Notes: generated from the sequence alone by a model not told the origin. A stretch of 34,618 nt of DNA from an uncultured archaeon (GCA_964418905.1 CAYQNF010000001.1:1-34618); one strand, 5' to 3'; positions 16,169 through 25,200 are shown, counted from the stretch's first letter. Program-made: numbers and translations.

Positions 16169-16647
16169 TCTCTTATTTTTTCCAAGGAATTTCTTATTTT
16201 TTCCCAGTGAGTTCCTGACCAGTATACTTGGTTGCAATCTTGACATTTCCAGAATTTATCTTGTCTTTGGAATGAACCTTCTGGAACATTTTCTTCTATG
16301 TCTTTCTTGTCTTCTACTTCTCTAAGCGGACCATTGCATTTATTACAATAAACGCCTTCAGGAGCTTCTGGGAGATTTATCTTAGTCCCTCTTTTATGGG
16401 ATTTTTCTATGAACTCTGCTAACTGATCTTCTAATTCGTGCTTAGTAAGTGGTATACAATGATTAGCTTTCATACAGAGGCCTGTATCTCTTGTTACTAC
16501 AACCCTTTTTTCTCTCATGGCCTTCTCTATAATTCCTCTATCGTCTAAACCATGGTCTTTGGAATAAACAGTATCATAGCCTATCATTCTAAGCCATCTG
16601 GCCAACTTCCCTAACATGTCATCGCATATGAATTTTGGTTTACCCAT
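16165..16647 (-). CDS. Mut7-C (PIN-like) RNase domain protein with C-terminal zinc ribbon
   Basis: FICDDMLGKLARWLRMIGYDT is the Mut7-C signature, followed by CNKCNG...CQDCNQVYW. The start is ATG 16647 (MGKPKF) or 16668; either overlaps the upstream gene. Confidence 0.85.
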   Translation of the reverse strand: MGKPKFICDDMLGKLARWLRMIGYDTVYSKDHGLDDRGIIEKAMREKRVVVTRDTGLCMKANHCIPLTKHELEDQLAEFIEKSHKRGTKINLPEAPEGVYCNKCNGPLREVEDKKDIEENVPEGSFQRQDKFWKCQDCNQVYWSGTHWEKIRNSLEKIRD

Positions 16648-17026
16648 TAGAACCCTTCCTTGATACATACCTTTTGTATACTTTGTTTATATTGTGTTCG
16701 TGGACATGGTCTTTATGATGCCTGAAGCCTCCGCCCATGGATTTCGGTATGTGCATTAATTCATGTATTATAGTCTTGATTTTTTCTTTCTCAGGTAAAT
16801 CATCAAAATGTTCTGATATAACTTCTATTATGTAATGGCCCTTTATGTCAAATGCTGATTGCCATATTTTTCCCATTCCGTGGCAGCGTGCTATAGTCCT
16901 TTTGGCCTTCGAGCCTTTACTCCTTAGAAATATTATCCTGGAAAAATCCAGATGATCAAAACCAGCGTGATTAGCAATCTCCTTTGCTATTGACATTATA
17001 TCTGGAGCTTCATGGTAATCTATCAT
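16640..17026 (-). CDS. SprT-like/predicted archaeal zinc metallopeptidase (HExxH)
   Basis: 128 aa from ATG 17026 (MIDYHEAPD...) with IIHELMHIP...GGFRHH. The ORF-track extension to 17350 runs antisense through tRNA-Pro and was removed. Confidence 0.75.
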   Translation of the reverse strand: MIDYHEAPDIMSIAKEIANHAGFDHLDFSRIIFLRSKGSKAKRTIARCHGMGKIWQSAFDIKGHYIIEVISEHFDDLPEKEKIKTIIHELMHIPKSMGGGFRHHKDHVHEHNINKVYKRYVSRKGSNG

Positions 17027-17028
17027 AA

Positions 17029-17043
17029 GTATAAATATATGTA
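17029..17043. promoter_or_regulatory. palindromic TATA-like element in a 41-nt divergent spacer
   Basis: GTATAAATATATGTA lies between the metallopeptidase ATG (17026, minus) and tRNA-Pro (17068, plus). Confidence 0.35.
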
Positions 17044-17067
17044 CAATGATTATTATAGAGTTGTTAT

Positions 17068-17145
17068 GGGTCCGTGGTCTAGCTTGGTCTATGATTCGGG
17101 CTTTGGGAGCCTGCGACCCCAATTCAAATTTGGGCGGACCCACCA
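17068..17145 (+). tRNA. tRNA-Pro (anticodon TGG), CCA encoded
   Basis: Hand fold: acceptor GGGTCCG/CGGACCC, anticodon arm CGGGC-TTTGGGA-GCCTG, T arm CCCAA-TTCAAAT-TTGGG, A73, CCA. Confidence 0.93.
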
Positions 17146-17201
17146 TTCTAATTACTGATTTAAATGTTTTTCTATCAAATAATGTATCAGAGTGTGTTCT
17201 A

Positions 17202-18602
17202 ATGGATAGGAAGATCGGACTATACGGTATAATATTTTCATTATTTCTTGTAACATCTGTTTTAGGAGCTTTTGATTTTGGAATAAATCCGCAAAAACAG
17301 GTAGCTTTCCAAGGAGAAACTGTTACATATACTATCCAGATAAATAACACGGGAAGCGATCAGAAAACTTATGGAATATCAGTTCTTGGGAGAGACGATT
17401 GGGTTACAATAGAAGATAATAATGTTGTCGTACCTTCAGGGGGAACTGTTGAAACTAGAGTTCTTATAACTCCTCCTAGAAATGTAGAAGCTAATACTTA
17501 CGGGTTTGACATTGTTGTCACGCCTTCGGATGAACCTTTTGCGGCTCAATCTAAAAATATTCTTTTGACAGTAAAAGAGAAAGAGGGAGTAATAATAAGC
17601 AAGCTTGGAACAAACAAGGACTCATACGATCCCGGGGAAATAATTACAATAAATTCAGAATTAAAGAGCTTAAACGCAAATCAGAGTAGCGGAACTCTTG
17701 AATATACTATAACAGATTTAGACGGAAATGAAATTACTAGGACGAGTTTAGATGTTTCTATTCCTTCAGATGACACAATTTCTTATGAAAAGAAAGTAGA
17801 AGTGGGAGACTGGGATAACGGAGATTATATAATAGAAGCTTCATTGAAGGATAATAATAGAATAATATTTGTCAAGACTACTGATTTTGAGATTAATCCT
17901 ATAGTTAGTTTAAGTCAGCAGAAAGATACAGATTTTCTAATCTATAAGATCAATGTTGATATAGAAGTTACAAATTCCGGTAACGATGACGCAGAGAATG
18001 TAGAAGTAAATGAAAATATAAATTCAATCTGGACTAGGTTTGTTGATGAATCTGATGCTACAGTTAAAGGAAATACTTACACTTGGACTATAGATAATAT
18101 ACCTTCAGATGGTACCAAAACAGTTTCATATTCAATTGTTTTATGGCCTCTTTATTTGCTTGCAATAGCGTTCGCGGGATTTGTTTATTGGGTATATTGG
18201 TTCTTCTTTACTCCTAAAACTAAGAAGTATGTTCTTCAGAAAAGTAATTTATCAAGAGGAAATACTGCTACTGTAATGATTAGAATAAGAAATAAAGGAA
18301 GAAGAAGGATGAAAAATGTTCATGTTGAAGATCTCGTTGTCCCAGCTTTCAATGTTACAAAAACTGGATCACCTTTAGGAGACATAAAAAACGCAACTCA
18401 AGGTACTCACGTTAAATGGTCACTTGGGTCGATACAGCCAGGCGAGGAAAGAATACTGAAATATGACATCAAGGCTGTTATGGGAGTTCTTGGAAAAATC
18501 AAAATGCCTAAAGCAAGAGTGAAAGCTACTATTGGGGAAACTAGGAAGGAATGGTTCTCAAATGCTCCTAGTGCAGAGGGCGAATCCAAAGATGGTAAGT
18601 AA
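17202..18602 (+). CDS. surface protein with NEW3/CARDB-like Ig-fold repeats and an internal TM helix
   Basis: 467 aa from ATG 17202; the track start at 17046 overlaps tRNA-Pro. It has a signal/anchor (GLYGIIFSLFLVTSVLG) and the repeated pattern V..G.TVTYTI.I.N.G...Y.I.V. A TM segment (VLWPLYLLAIAFAGFVYWVYWFFF) is followed by a further Ig-like module. Confidence 0.75.
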   Translation: MDRKIGLYGIIFSLFLVTSVLGAFDFGINPQKQVAFQGETVTYTIQINNTGSDQKTYGISVLGRDDWVTIEDNNVVVPSGGTVETRVLITPPRNVEANTYGFDIVVTPSDEPFAAQSKNILLTVKEKEGVIISKLGTNKDSYDPGEIITINSELKSLNANQSSGTLEYTITDLDGNEITRTSLDVSIPSDDTISYEKKVEVGDWDNGDYIIEASLKDNNRIIFVKTTDFEINPIVSLSQQKDTDFLIYKINVDIEVTNSGNDDAENVEVNENINSIWTRFVDESDATVKGNTYTWTIDNIPSDGTKTVSYSIVLWPLYLLAIAFAGFVYWVYWFFFTPKTKKYVLQKSNLSRGNTATVMIRIRNKGRRRMKNVHVEDLVVPAFNVTKTGSPLGDIKNATQGTHVKWSLGSIQPGEERILKYDIKAVMGVLGKIKMPKARVKATIGETRKEWFSNAPSAEGESKDGK

Positions 18603-18655
18603 GCTACTTCTTTAAATATTTTTAATCTAGAAATAATAGAGTTATTGAGCACTAT

Positions 18656-18777
18656 CCCGTCCTAGCTCAATCTGGCAGAGCGGTCGGCTGTAGTTTTGTA
18701 CCATAGGTACGAAAAGGACAGTACGTTCTGGAATAGAAACCGACAGGTTGCATGTTCAAATCATGCGGACGGGACCA
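18656..18777 (+). tRNA. tRNA-Tyr (anticodon GTA) with a 45-nt intron at 37/38; CCA encoded
   Basis: Acceptor CCCGTCC/GGACGGG carries the C1:G72 pair characteristic of archaeal tRNA-Tyr. D arm GCTC/GAGC, anticodon stem GTCGG/CCGAC, loop CTGTAG|intron 18694..18738|A, T arm GCATG-TTCAAAT-CATGC, A73, CCA. Confidence 0.9.
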
Positions 18778-18815
18778 TTTCTAATTTTTATAAATAATGG
18801 ATTCTAATTTTTGTT

Positions 18816-21551
18816 ATGGACATTAATCTAAAAGACGACGCTTCTATCTATATCATGATATTTTTGGCTTCTATTGCGTTTATTTTTTTATCTAATTTCC
18901 AAGTAAATGACCTTCTTAATTATCTTGGATTCTTTTCAATCGATGTAGATGAAAAGATAGATGATATAAAAAAGATAAGTGAAACAGAAGAAAGAAAGCC
19001 CCTTAAAGAAGTTTATTACTATCAGAAAGATGGAAAAAGTTATAATATAGTTTCTCAATACCCAATCTCCAATTATCATATCAATTCTAACGATTTTGTT
19101 ATAATAGAATATCCAGAAAGATATACAGAGAAATTAGACGATTCTCTTGTGGATATAACCAATCTAATAAATGAAGATGGATACAGGGCCGATAAGAAAT
19201 TCGATTTAATTATTGAGATAAGTAATCAAGACGTTGAAAAAGCTATAGAGGATTTAAATAAAGTTTTTGAAGATTTGGAATTTTTTGTATATGATTCGAA
19301 TAGAATAAAAACTAGCGCCGCTTTGTATCAGGTAGAGGATCTAGTAAAATACGTATTTGTTGATAAGATAAGTTTATTGGATAGCTTTGTAAGTCCACAA
19401 TCTACTTCATCTGGGGAAGATAGCGGCATAAAATTTTCTGTTAAAGATAGTAACGGTAATAAAGTAGAGAGCTTTGCTATACTTTTTAATGAAAAATTTG
19501 AACTTCTGGAAAGTAGTGGCGAGGTAAAGAAGGATCATACTTTTCAACCTGGAACATACAAAAACTATCATATTCTCGGTATAGTATCCGGAAAAACTAT
19601 TCTGTATCTAAAAACTGATAAAATTTATTATACGGGAGGAACTTTGGAAAGAGAACTAAGTACGTCCGATGCAAAAATGTACGATATAAATGCCTATTCG
19701 ATTGACAATAACGAACTAACGGCCATAAAAGATGATATAGCTCTTACCATATTTAATCAAGAAGGTATTATGGTCTTTAATACGGGGAAAAGGACTACAA
19801 ATGAAAGAGATAAGATAACTAATTTTGGTCTTTATAATTTAGATTTATCCGAATTTGGATACAATTCCTATCTTACTAAAAGCTTCGTTTCTTATGATGA
19901 TGATCCAAAAGATAGTGTATATTTCAAAGAAAACGAAGGAATTTATTTTGGAGGCAAAGTGGTTAAGAACATGGATATAATTGGTGGTAGTAGTAATTGG
20001 AATGCTGCAGAAGATTCTGTCTCTTATAGCTTTAATAAAAGAAATAGATACTATCTCAATAAAAGCACTAAATCCATCTGGAAAAGAACAAGAAGTTTAT
20101 ATGAAAACGAAGGTGCGGTTTTCGGACTCGAGTATCCATTTGATGATAATGTTGCCTTTTATGATTCCAGTGGTATATTTCGTATATATCATAGAGCTCC
20201 AGTCGAGGAAAAAACAGAAAAAATTGGTGACGTCGGTGAAGTCGAACTTATCTCATCTACTCCGTATGGAGAAGAGTATCTAAATTTTAATAAAGGTAGT
20301 ATAGAAGAAACCACTCGGGTTGAAAATTCAGAAGATGCGACTTTATATGAAAACCCATTCGATATTGGATATTTATTTGTAGAAGACGGATATGTGAAAT
20401 CGACTCCATACTCTTTAAGAGACGATAGTTCATTTATTACTCATAATAATTTCTATTGGCCTGAAAAAACTCCAAAGGCTGAAATATTTAAGGACGGAGT
20501 CCTTGTCGAAAGCGATACACTTTTTTGGAAGGGGAATAAAAACCAAGAACAAATGAATTATAAAATTGAAAACGGTACTTATAATATCTCTTTGATTATA
20601 TACGATATAGGTTTTGGGAACATAACTCAGGAATATGTCTTTGATTCAGATTCTGCGGTTTCTTTGCCTGTGGTAGAGAATATTGAATTCAATAAATATT
20701 TTTCCGTTGATGAGGAATTCCCGATAAAAATATATACTAAGAATGGCAAGGGGCAAAAAAATCTAGAGCTTTATTATTCCCAGGGCGAAAAGTGGACAGG
20801 GATTAACGTAACAAAAAATGAAAGCAATTTCGCTGGATCAATGAAACCCAAGAAAAGTGAAACCATTAGATTAAAAATGAAATTATCGGATGAGAATAAC
20901 AATAACGTTACTTATAATCTTGGAAGAGTCGCAGAATTGGGAGAAAGATTGATTACTGATTTCAATTATGACCCTAGAAAAGATAGGATAACTGGAAAAT
21001 GTGAGAGAGAAGGGAATAAAAAATGTCATTGGGTTGAAGTTTCTATTATTTGCGAAGACGAGATTTTAAAAAATAGTTTTATTAGAGTAGATCGTTTAGA
21101 AGAGGAAAATGTTTTTTGTAATAACATACCAAAAATAAAATTCGATGGGGTTGCGAATTTAGTACCATTCGAAGAGAAGGCGGACTTAGTGACTGTCGAT
21201 GAAGCCTTAGATAATGATTTTGAATTTAGTTTGGATGTAATTTCTGAAGAGATTGCTTTGGAACCTGGGCAAAAAAAGACAACTAATATTGTTCTAAAAT
21301 ATGTTAGCGGAAGACCGGAAAATGTTATTATAAGCTCCAACGCTTCGAAATATCTTAACATAGCTGATGTTATAAAATATCCAGTCTGTTCTGATATAAC
21401 TTTACAAAATTATGGATATTGTATCAATGAGATCGATATACAGACTATTGGCATAACAGAGCCCGGTAATTATCCAATCTTGGTAAATGCCACGGATGGT
21501 AAAGGAAATTCGGATCAAGATGTTTTGAATTTAATCGTCCAAGAGAAATGA
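18816..21551 (+). CDS. large orphan membrane-anchored/secreted protein
   Basis: 911 aa with an N-terminal hydrophobic segment (IYIMIFLASIAFIFLS), many N-x-S/T sequons and C-terminal Cys clusters. An Ig-like C-terminal module (LEPGQKKTTNIVLKYVSG...GNYPILVNATDG) is present. I saw no catalytic motif. Confidence 0.75.
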   Translation: MDINLKDDASIYIMIFLASIAFIFLSNFQVNDLLNYLGFFSIDVDEKIDDIKKISETEERKPLKEVYYYQKDGKSYNIVSQYPISNYHINSNDFVIIEYPERYTEKLDDSLVDITNLINEDGYRADKKFDLIIEISNQDVEKAIEDLNKVFEDLEFFVYDSNRIKTSAALYQVEDLVKYVFVDKISLLDSFVSPQSTSSGEDSGIKFSVKDSNGNKVESFAILFNEKFELLESSGEVKKDHTFQPGTYKNYHILGIVSGKTILYLKTDKIYYTGGTLERELSTSDAKMYDINAYSIDNNELTAIKDDIALTIFNQEGIMVFNTGKRTTNERDKITNFGLYNLDLSEFGYNSYLTKSFVSYDDDPKDSVYFKENEGIYFGGKVVKNMDIIGGSSNWNAAEDSVSYSFNKRNRYYLNKSTKSIWKRTRSLYENEGAVFGLEYPFDDNVAFYDSSGIFRIYHRAPVEEKTEKIGDVGEVELISSTPYGEEYLNFNKGSIEETTRVENSEDATLYENPFDIGYLFVEDGYVKSTPYSLRDDSSFITHNNFYWPEKTPKAEIFKDGVLVESDTLFWKGNKNQEQMNYKIENGTYNISLIIYDIGFGNITQEYVFDSDSAVSLPVVENIEFNKYFSVDEEFPIKIYTKNGKGQKNLELYYSQGEKWTGINVTKNESNFAGSMKPKKSETIRLKMKLSDENNNNVTYNLGRVAELGERLITDFNYDPRKDRITGKCEREGNKKCHWVEVSIICEDEILKNSFIRVDRLEEENVFCNNIPKIKFDGVANLVPFEEKADLVTVDEALDNDFEFSLDVISEEIALEPGQKKTTNIVLKYVSGRPENVIISSNASKYLNIADVIKYPVCSDITLQNYGYCINEIDIQTIGITEPGNYPILVNATDGKGNSDQDVLNLIVQEK

Positions 21552-21559
21552 AACAAAAC

Positions 21560-21567
21560 TTAAATAT
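21560..21567 (+). promoter_or_regulatory. TATA-like box upstream of 5S rRNA
   Basis: TTAAATAT lies about 21-28 nt upstream of the inferred 5S 5' end. Confidence 0.4.
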
Positions 21568-21587
21568 CTAATTCTATAAGAATATAC

Positions 21588-21705
21588 TGGTAGCGGTCAA
21601 AGAGGAGTGGCAATACCCGGTCTCATTTCGAACCCGGAAGTCAAGCACTCCATCGATCTGCTCGGTACTGTCCCTTGGGATGGGAAAAGCAGGACGCTGC
21701 TGCCA
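21588..21705 (+). rRNA. rrf: 5S ribosomal RNA (not linked to 16S/23S in this window)
   Basis: Conserved core CCCGGTCTCATTTCGAACCCGGAAGTCAAGC. Helix I pairs TGGTAGCGGT with GCTGCTGCCA (including G-U pairs). Ends are approximate to a few nt. Confidence 0.9.
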
Positions 21706-21709
21706 TTAT

Positions 21710-21733
21710 TCTACTCATTCTTAGTTGAGTAGA
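21710..21733 (+). other. perfect 8-bp hairpin immediately 3' of 5S rRNA
   Basis: TCTACTCA (21710..21717), an 8-nt loop, then TGAGTAGA (21726..21733). Possibly a processing or termination element. Confidence 0.4.
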
Positions 21734-21788
21734 TTCATTTATGAGCGATAAAAATAAAAACTAAGATTACTAAGAGAAGATATTAAAT

Positions 21789-21864
21789 GCCTTGATAGTG
21801 TAGTGGCCTAGCATACGAGCCTGTCACGCTCGTGACCCGGGTTCAAATCCCGGTCAGGGCGCCA
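21789..21864 (+). tRNA. tRNA-Asp (anticodon GTC), CCA encoded
   Basis: Acceptor GCCTTGA/TCAGGGC, anticodon arm CGAGC-CTGTCAC-GCTCG, T arm CCGGG-TTCAAAT-CCCGG, G73, CCA. Confidence 0.95.
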
Positions 21865-21909
21865 TTCTTATCATAAGTTAAAAAGTCTATTTCGGGTAGA
21901 CAAATCATA

Positions 21910-22050
21910 GGGCCCATAACTCAGTCTGGTCTAGAGTGTCGGGCTTTTATCTGTACGATAAAAGCATATTGATCGCGCAAGCGAAATGATAGAGCTGTCC
22001 GACAGGAAGAAACCCGAAAGCCGGGGGTTCAAATCCCCCTGGGCCCACCA
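21910..22050 (+). tRNA. tRNA-Lys (anticodon TTT) with a 62-nt intron at 37/38; CCA encoded
   Basis: Acceptor GGGCCCA/TGGGCCC, D arm ACTC/GAGT, anticodon stem TCGGG/CCCGA, loop CTTTTA|intron 21950..22011|A, T arm GGGGG-TTCAAAT-CCCCC, A73, CCA. A textbook bulge-helix-bulge can be drawn. Confidence 0.9.
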
Positions 22051-22233
22051 GACAACATATGCGATACCTTTAAATAAATTCGCGTGGATAAATTTAGTCT
22101 AGCCTAGGTGTATTAATGGGGAAAGCTGTACGAGTCTGTAACAAAAAATAATTTCGATATAAAATTTTTAGACTTTAGCTATGGCTATTCAATACCTCAA
22201 ATATAACAGCACGGTAAAAAGGTGCAATAATTA

Positions 22234-25200
22234 ATGAATGAAGATGTACTGTTTGAAACTCTAATCAAAGAGAAAGGATTCGTAAGCCACCAATTAGATT
22301 CATTTAATGATTTTATTGATAATAGACTTCAGAATATCGTAGATGATATTGGAGTCATTGAACCGGATGTTGCTGAACTTGGTGACTTTAAGATTAAGCT
22401 TGGGAAGGTTCGTGTTGGCAAGCCTTCTATTAGAGAGGCTGACGGTTCCGTCAGAGAGATACTACCTTCTGAGGCTCGTTTAAGAGATCTTACTTACGCT
22501 GCTCCTATTTTTGTTGAGATGACTTCTGTTGTTAACGGCATTGAAGAAAATATTGAAGAATTATACATTGGAGATGTTCCTATAATGATTAAGTCCAAGC
22601 ATTGTGGAATTCACGGTTTGGATGAAGATGAGCTTGTTGAGCATGGGGAAGACCCAACAGATCCAGGTGGATATTTTGTAATAAACGGAACAGAAAGAGT
22701 TCTAGTACTAGTCGAAGAAATTGCTTCAAACAGATTAATTGTAGAAGATGGAAAGAAAGATAAGACAAAAGGAAGGCTTAATTCTGAAAGATCTGGATTC
22801 ATTCAGAGACATACATTCGAAAAGAAAATGGATGGACCAACCAAAGTATCATTTGCATCTGTTAGAAGAATGCCAGTTGTTGTCTTAATGAAAGCTCTTG
22901 GACTTGACACGGACAAGGAAATAATGGATACTATAAGAGAAGAGTCAATAATGGATGATGTATATGCAGAAATTACTGGCGTTGATGTTACTGATAAAAA
23001 AGATGCTCTTGACTATATAGGAAGATTCATGAAAGTGCAAGAGGAATATAGAGAGCAGAGAGCAACTCAAATGATTGATCGTTATTTATTACCACATATA
23101 GGACAAGATGAAAAGGATAGGGAAGTTAAGGCCAAATTCTTGGGTAAGTGTATGGAGAACATACTTGTGGCTCAAGAGACAGGCGAGTTTGATGATATAG
23201 ACCATTACATGAACAAGAGGATCAAGCTTGCTGGAGATCTTATCGAGATGCTTTTCAGGTCAATTCTTCTTGGAAGATGGGGTCTGATTACAAGGATTAA
23301 CTACAACTTACAAAAACTAGCTAAGCGTGGCAAGCTTCCTTCTATTCAAACAGTAATCGAATCTAACGTTGTGACAAATCAAATTGCTTCTTCTATGGCT
23401 ACCGGACAATGGATCGGTGGTAGAACTGGTGTTTCCCAAAGACTTGAAAGATCAAATTATGTTCGTACAGTTTCACATTTGAGAAATGTATTATCTCCTC
23501 TTACTAAATATCAAGAACACTTTGAAGCCAGAGAGCTTCACCCAACTCATTGGGGAAGACTTTGTGCTGTAGAGACTCCAGAAGGTCCTTCGATTGGACT
23601 TAGAAAGTATTTGTCTATTGCAGCAGAAGTTACTGGGGGAGCAGACAGTAAAGAGAACCAGAAGATTAGAGATATGATTCCTGCTAACTTTGATCATGAA
23701 GGATATGATGTTTACTTTAACGGAGAGTACCTAGGAATAGTTGAAAAACCTAACGAGGTTGTAGAGAAGTTAAGAGAGAAAAGAAGAAAAGGTTTAGTTA
23801 CTCCAGAAATGAATGTTGGTTTATTTGATGAAGACGAAGAGGTTAGAATAAATACTGATTCTGGAAGAGTTAGAAGACCAGTTATTGTTGTTAAAGACGG
23901 CGAGCCTAGGCTAACAGAGGATCATGTAGAGCAATTAAAATCAGGAGAAACCACATGGGCCGAGCTTACAAAAGATGATGTTATTGAATACTTAGATGCT
24001 GAAGAAGAAGAGAACATGCTTGTAGCTCTTTACCCGGAAGGCGTTGAAGACGATCATACTCATTTGGAGATACATCCTTCATTAATACTAGGAGTATCAG
24101 CTTCATCAGTACCATTCCCAGAACACAACAGGAACGACCGTGTTAACTATGGTGCTAAAATGGCTGGACAGTCTCTAGGAGTTTACACTTACAATTATCA
24201 TATAAGATCCGATACAAAATCTAACATCTTAACATATCCACAGAAGCCAATAGTTAGGACTACGTCAAGTCCTCATACCGGATCTTCTGACCATCCAGCT
24301 GGGCAGAATCTTGTAATAGCAGTTATGTCTTATGAGGGATATAACATGGAAGACGCTGTTGTTGTTAACAAGAACTCAATTGATAGAGGTCTTGGGCGTT
24401 CTACATTCTTTAGAACTTACACAACAGAAGAGAAGAGATATCCAGGTGGGCAGGAAGATAGAATAGAAGTTCCAGATGAAGATGTTAAAGGATTCAAAAG
24501 TCAGGAAGATTATGCTTTATTAACAGAGGATGGATTAGCTCCTCCTGAAACACCTATGAGAAAGAACGGAGTCATAGTAGGTAAAACATCTCCTCTACGT
24601 TTCTTATCGTCCGCTGAGGAATTCATCGCAGGTGTTAGAAATAGAAGAGAAACATCAGTATCAGTAAGAGGCGGAGAAAGAGGAGTAGTTGATAAAGTTC
24701 TTATTACAGAATCGCAAGAAGGAAACAAAATGGTAAAATCCACAATAAGGGACCTTAGAGTTCCTGAGGTTGGTGACAAGTTTGCTTCAAGGCACGGACA
24801 GAAGGGTGTTATAGGATTGATCGCAGACGATCAAGATCTGCCTTTCACATCTCAAGGAGTAGTTCCTGACGTTATATTCAATCCACACGCTATACCTTCT
24901 CGTATGACCATCGGTCAGGTGTTGGAGATACTGGCAGGTAAGACTGGAGCTCTTGCGGGTAGAGACATTGACGCTACTGCATTTACTGGAGAAAACGAAG
25001 ACGAGCTTAGAGAGACGCTAGAAAAGTTAGGATTCAGAAATGACGGTATGGAAATAATGTACGATCCTAAGACAGGAAAAATGATTAAATCCCATATACT
25101 GGTCGGAGTATCATATTATCAGAAGTTAGATCACATGGTTGCTAACAAAATACATTCAAGAGCACGTGGGCCAATAACTCTTCTAACAAAACAGCCAACA

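Noticed and set aside
17027-17350. N-terminal extension of minus ORF 16640..17350, and the 17046..17201 extension of plus ORF 17046..18602
   Set aside because: Both extensions cross tRNA-Pro (17068..17145). Internal ATGs at 17026 (MIDYHEAPD) and 17202 (MDRKIG, followed by a signal-like helix) give sensible proteins.
19981-20283. 100-aa plus-strand ORF in an alternative frame inside the 911-aa gene
   Set aside because: It is fully nested in a longer ORF on the same strand, has no start context and has no recognisable features.
15594-21551. tRNA-flanked surface-protein block as an integrated mobile element
   Set aside because: There is no integrase, no transposase, and no direct repeat of any tRNA 3' end that I could find. 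The tRNAs are intact, and housekeeping-type genes (Mut7-C, SprT-like) lie inside the block.
21950-22011. Possible C/D-box guide RNA inside the tRNA-Lys intron
   Set aside because: Only degenerate box-C-like strings are present (TGATCG, TGATAG instead of TGATGA) and there is no CTGA box D (only CTGT). The motif set is therefore incomplete.
22051-22233. Hidden rpoH or a small RNA between tRNA-Lys and rpoB
   Set aside because: The only ORFs are about 11-17 codons and there is no convincing structure beyond a CCTAGG palindrome. It is treated as the promoter/leader region of rpoB.
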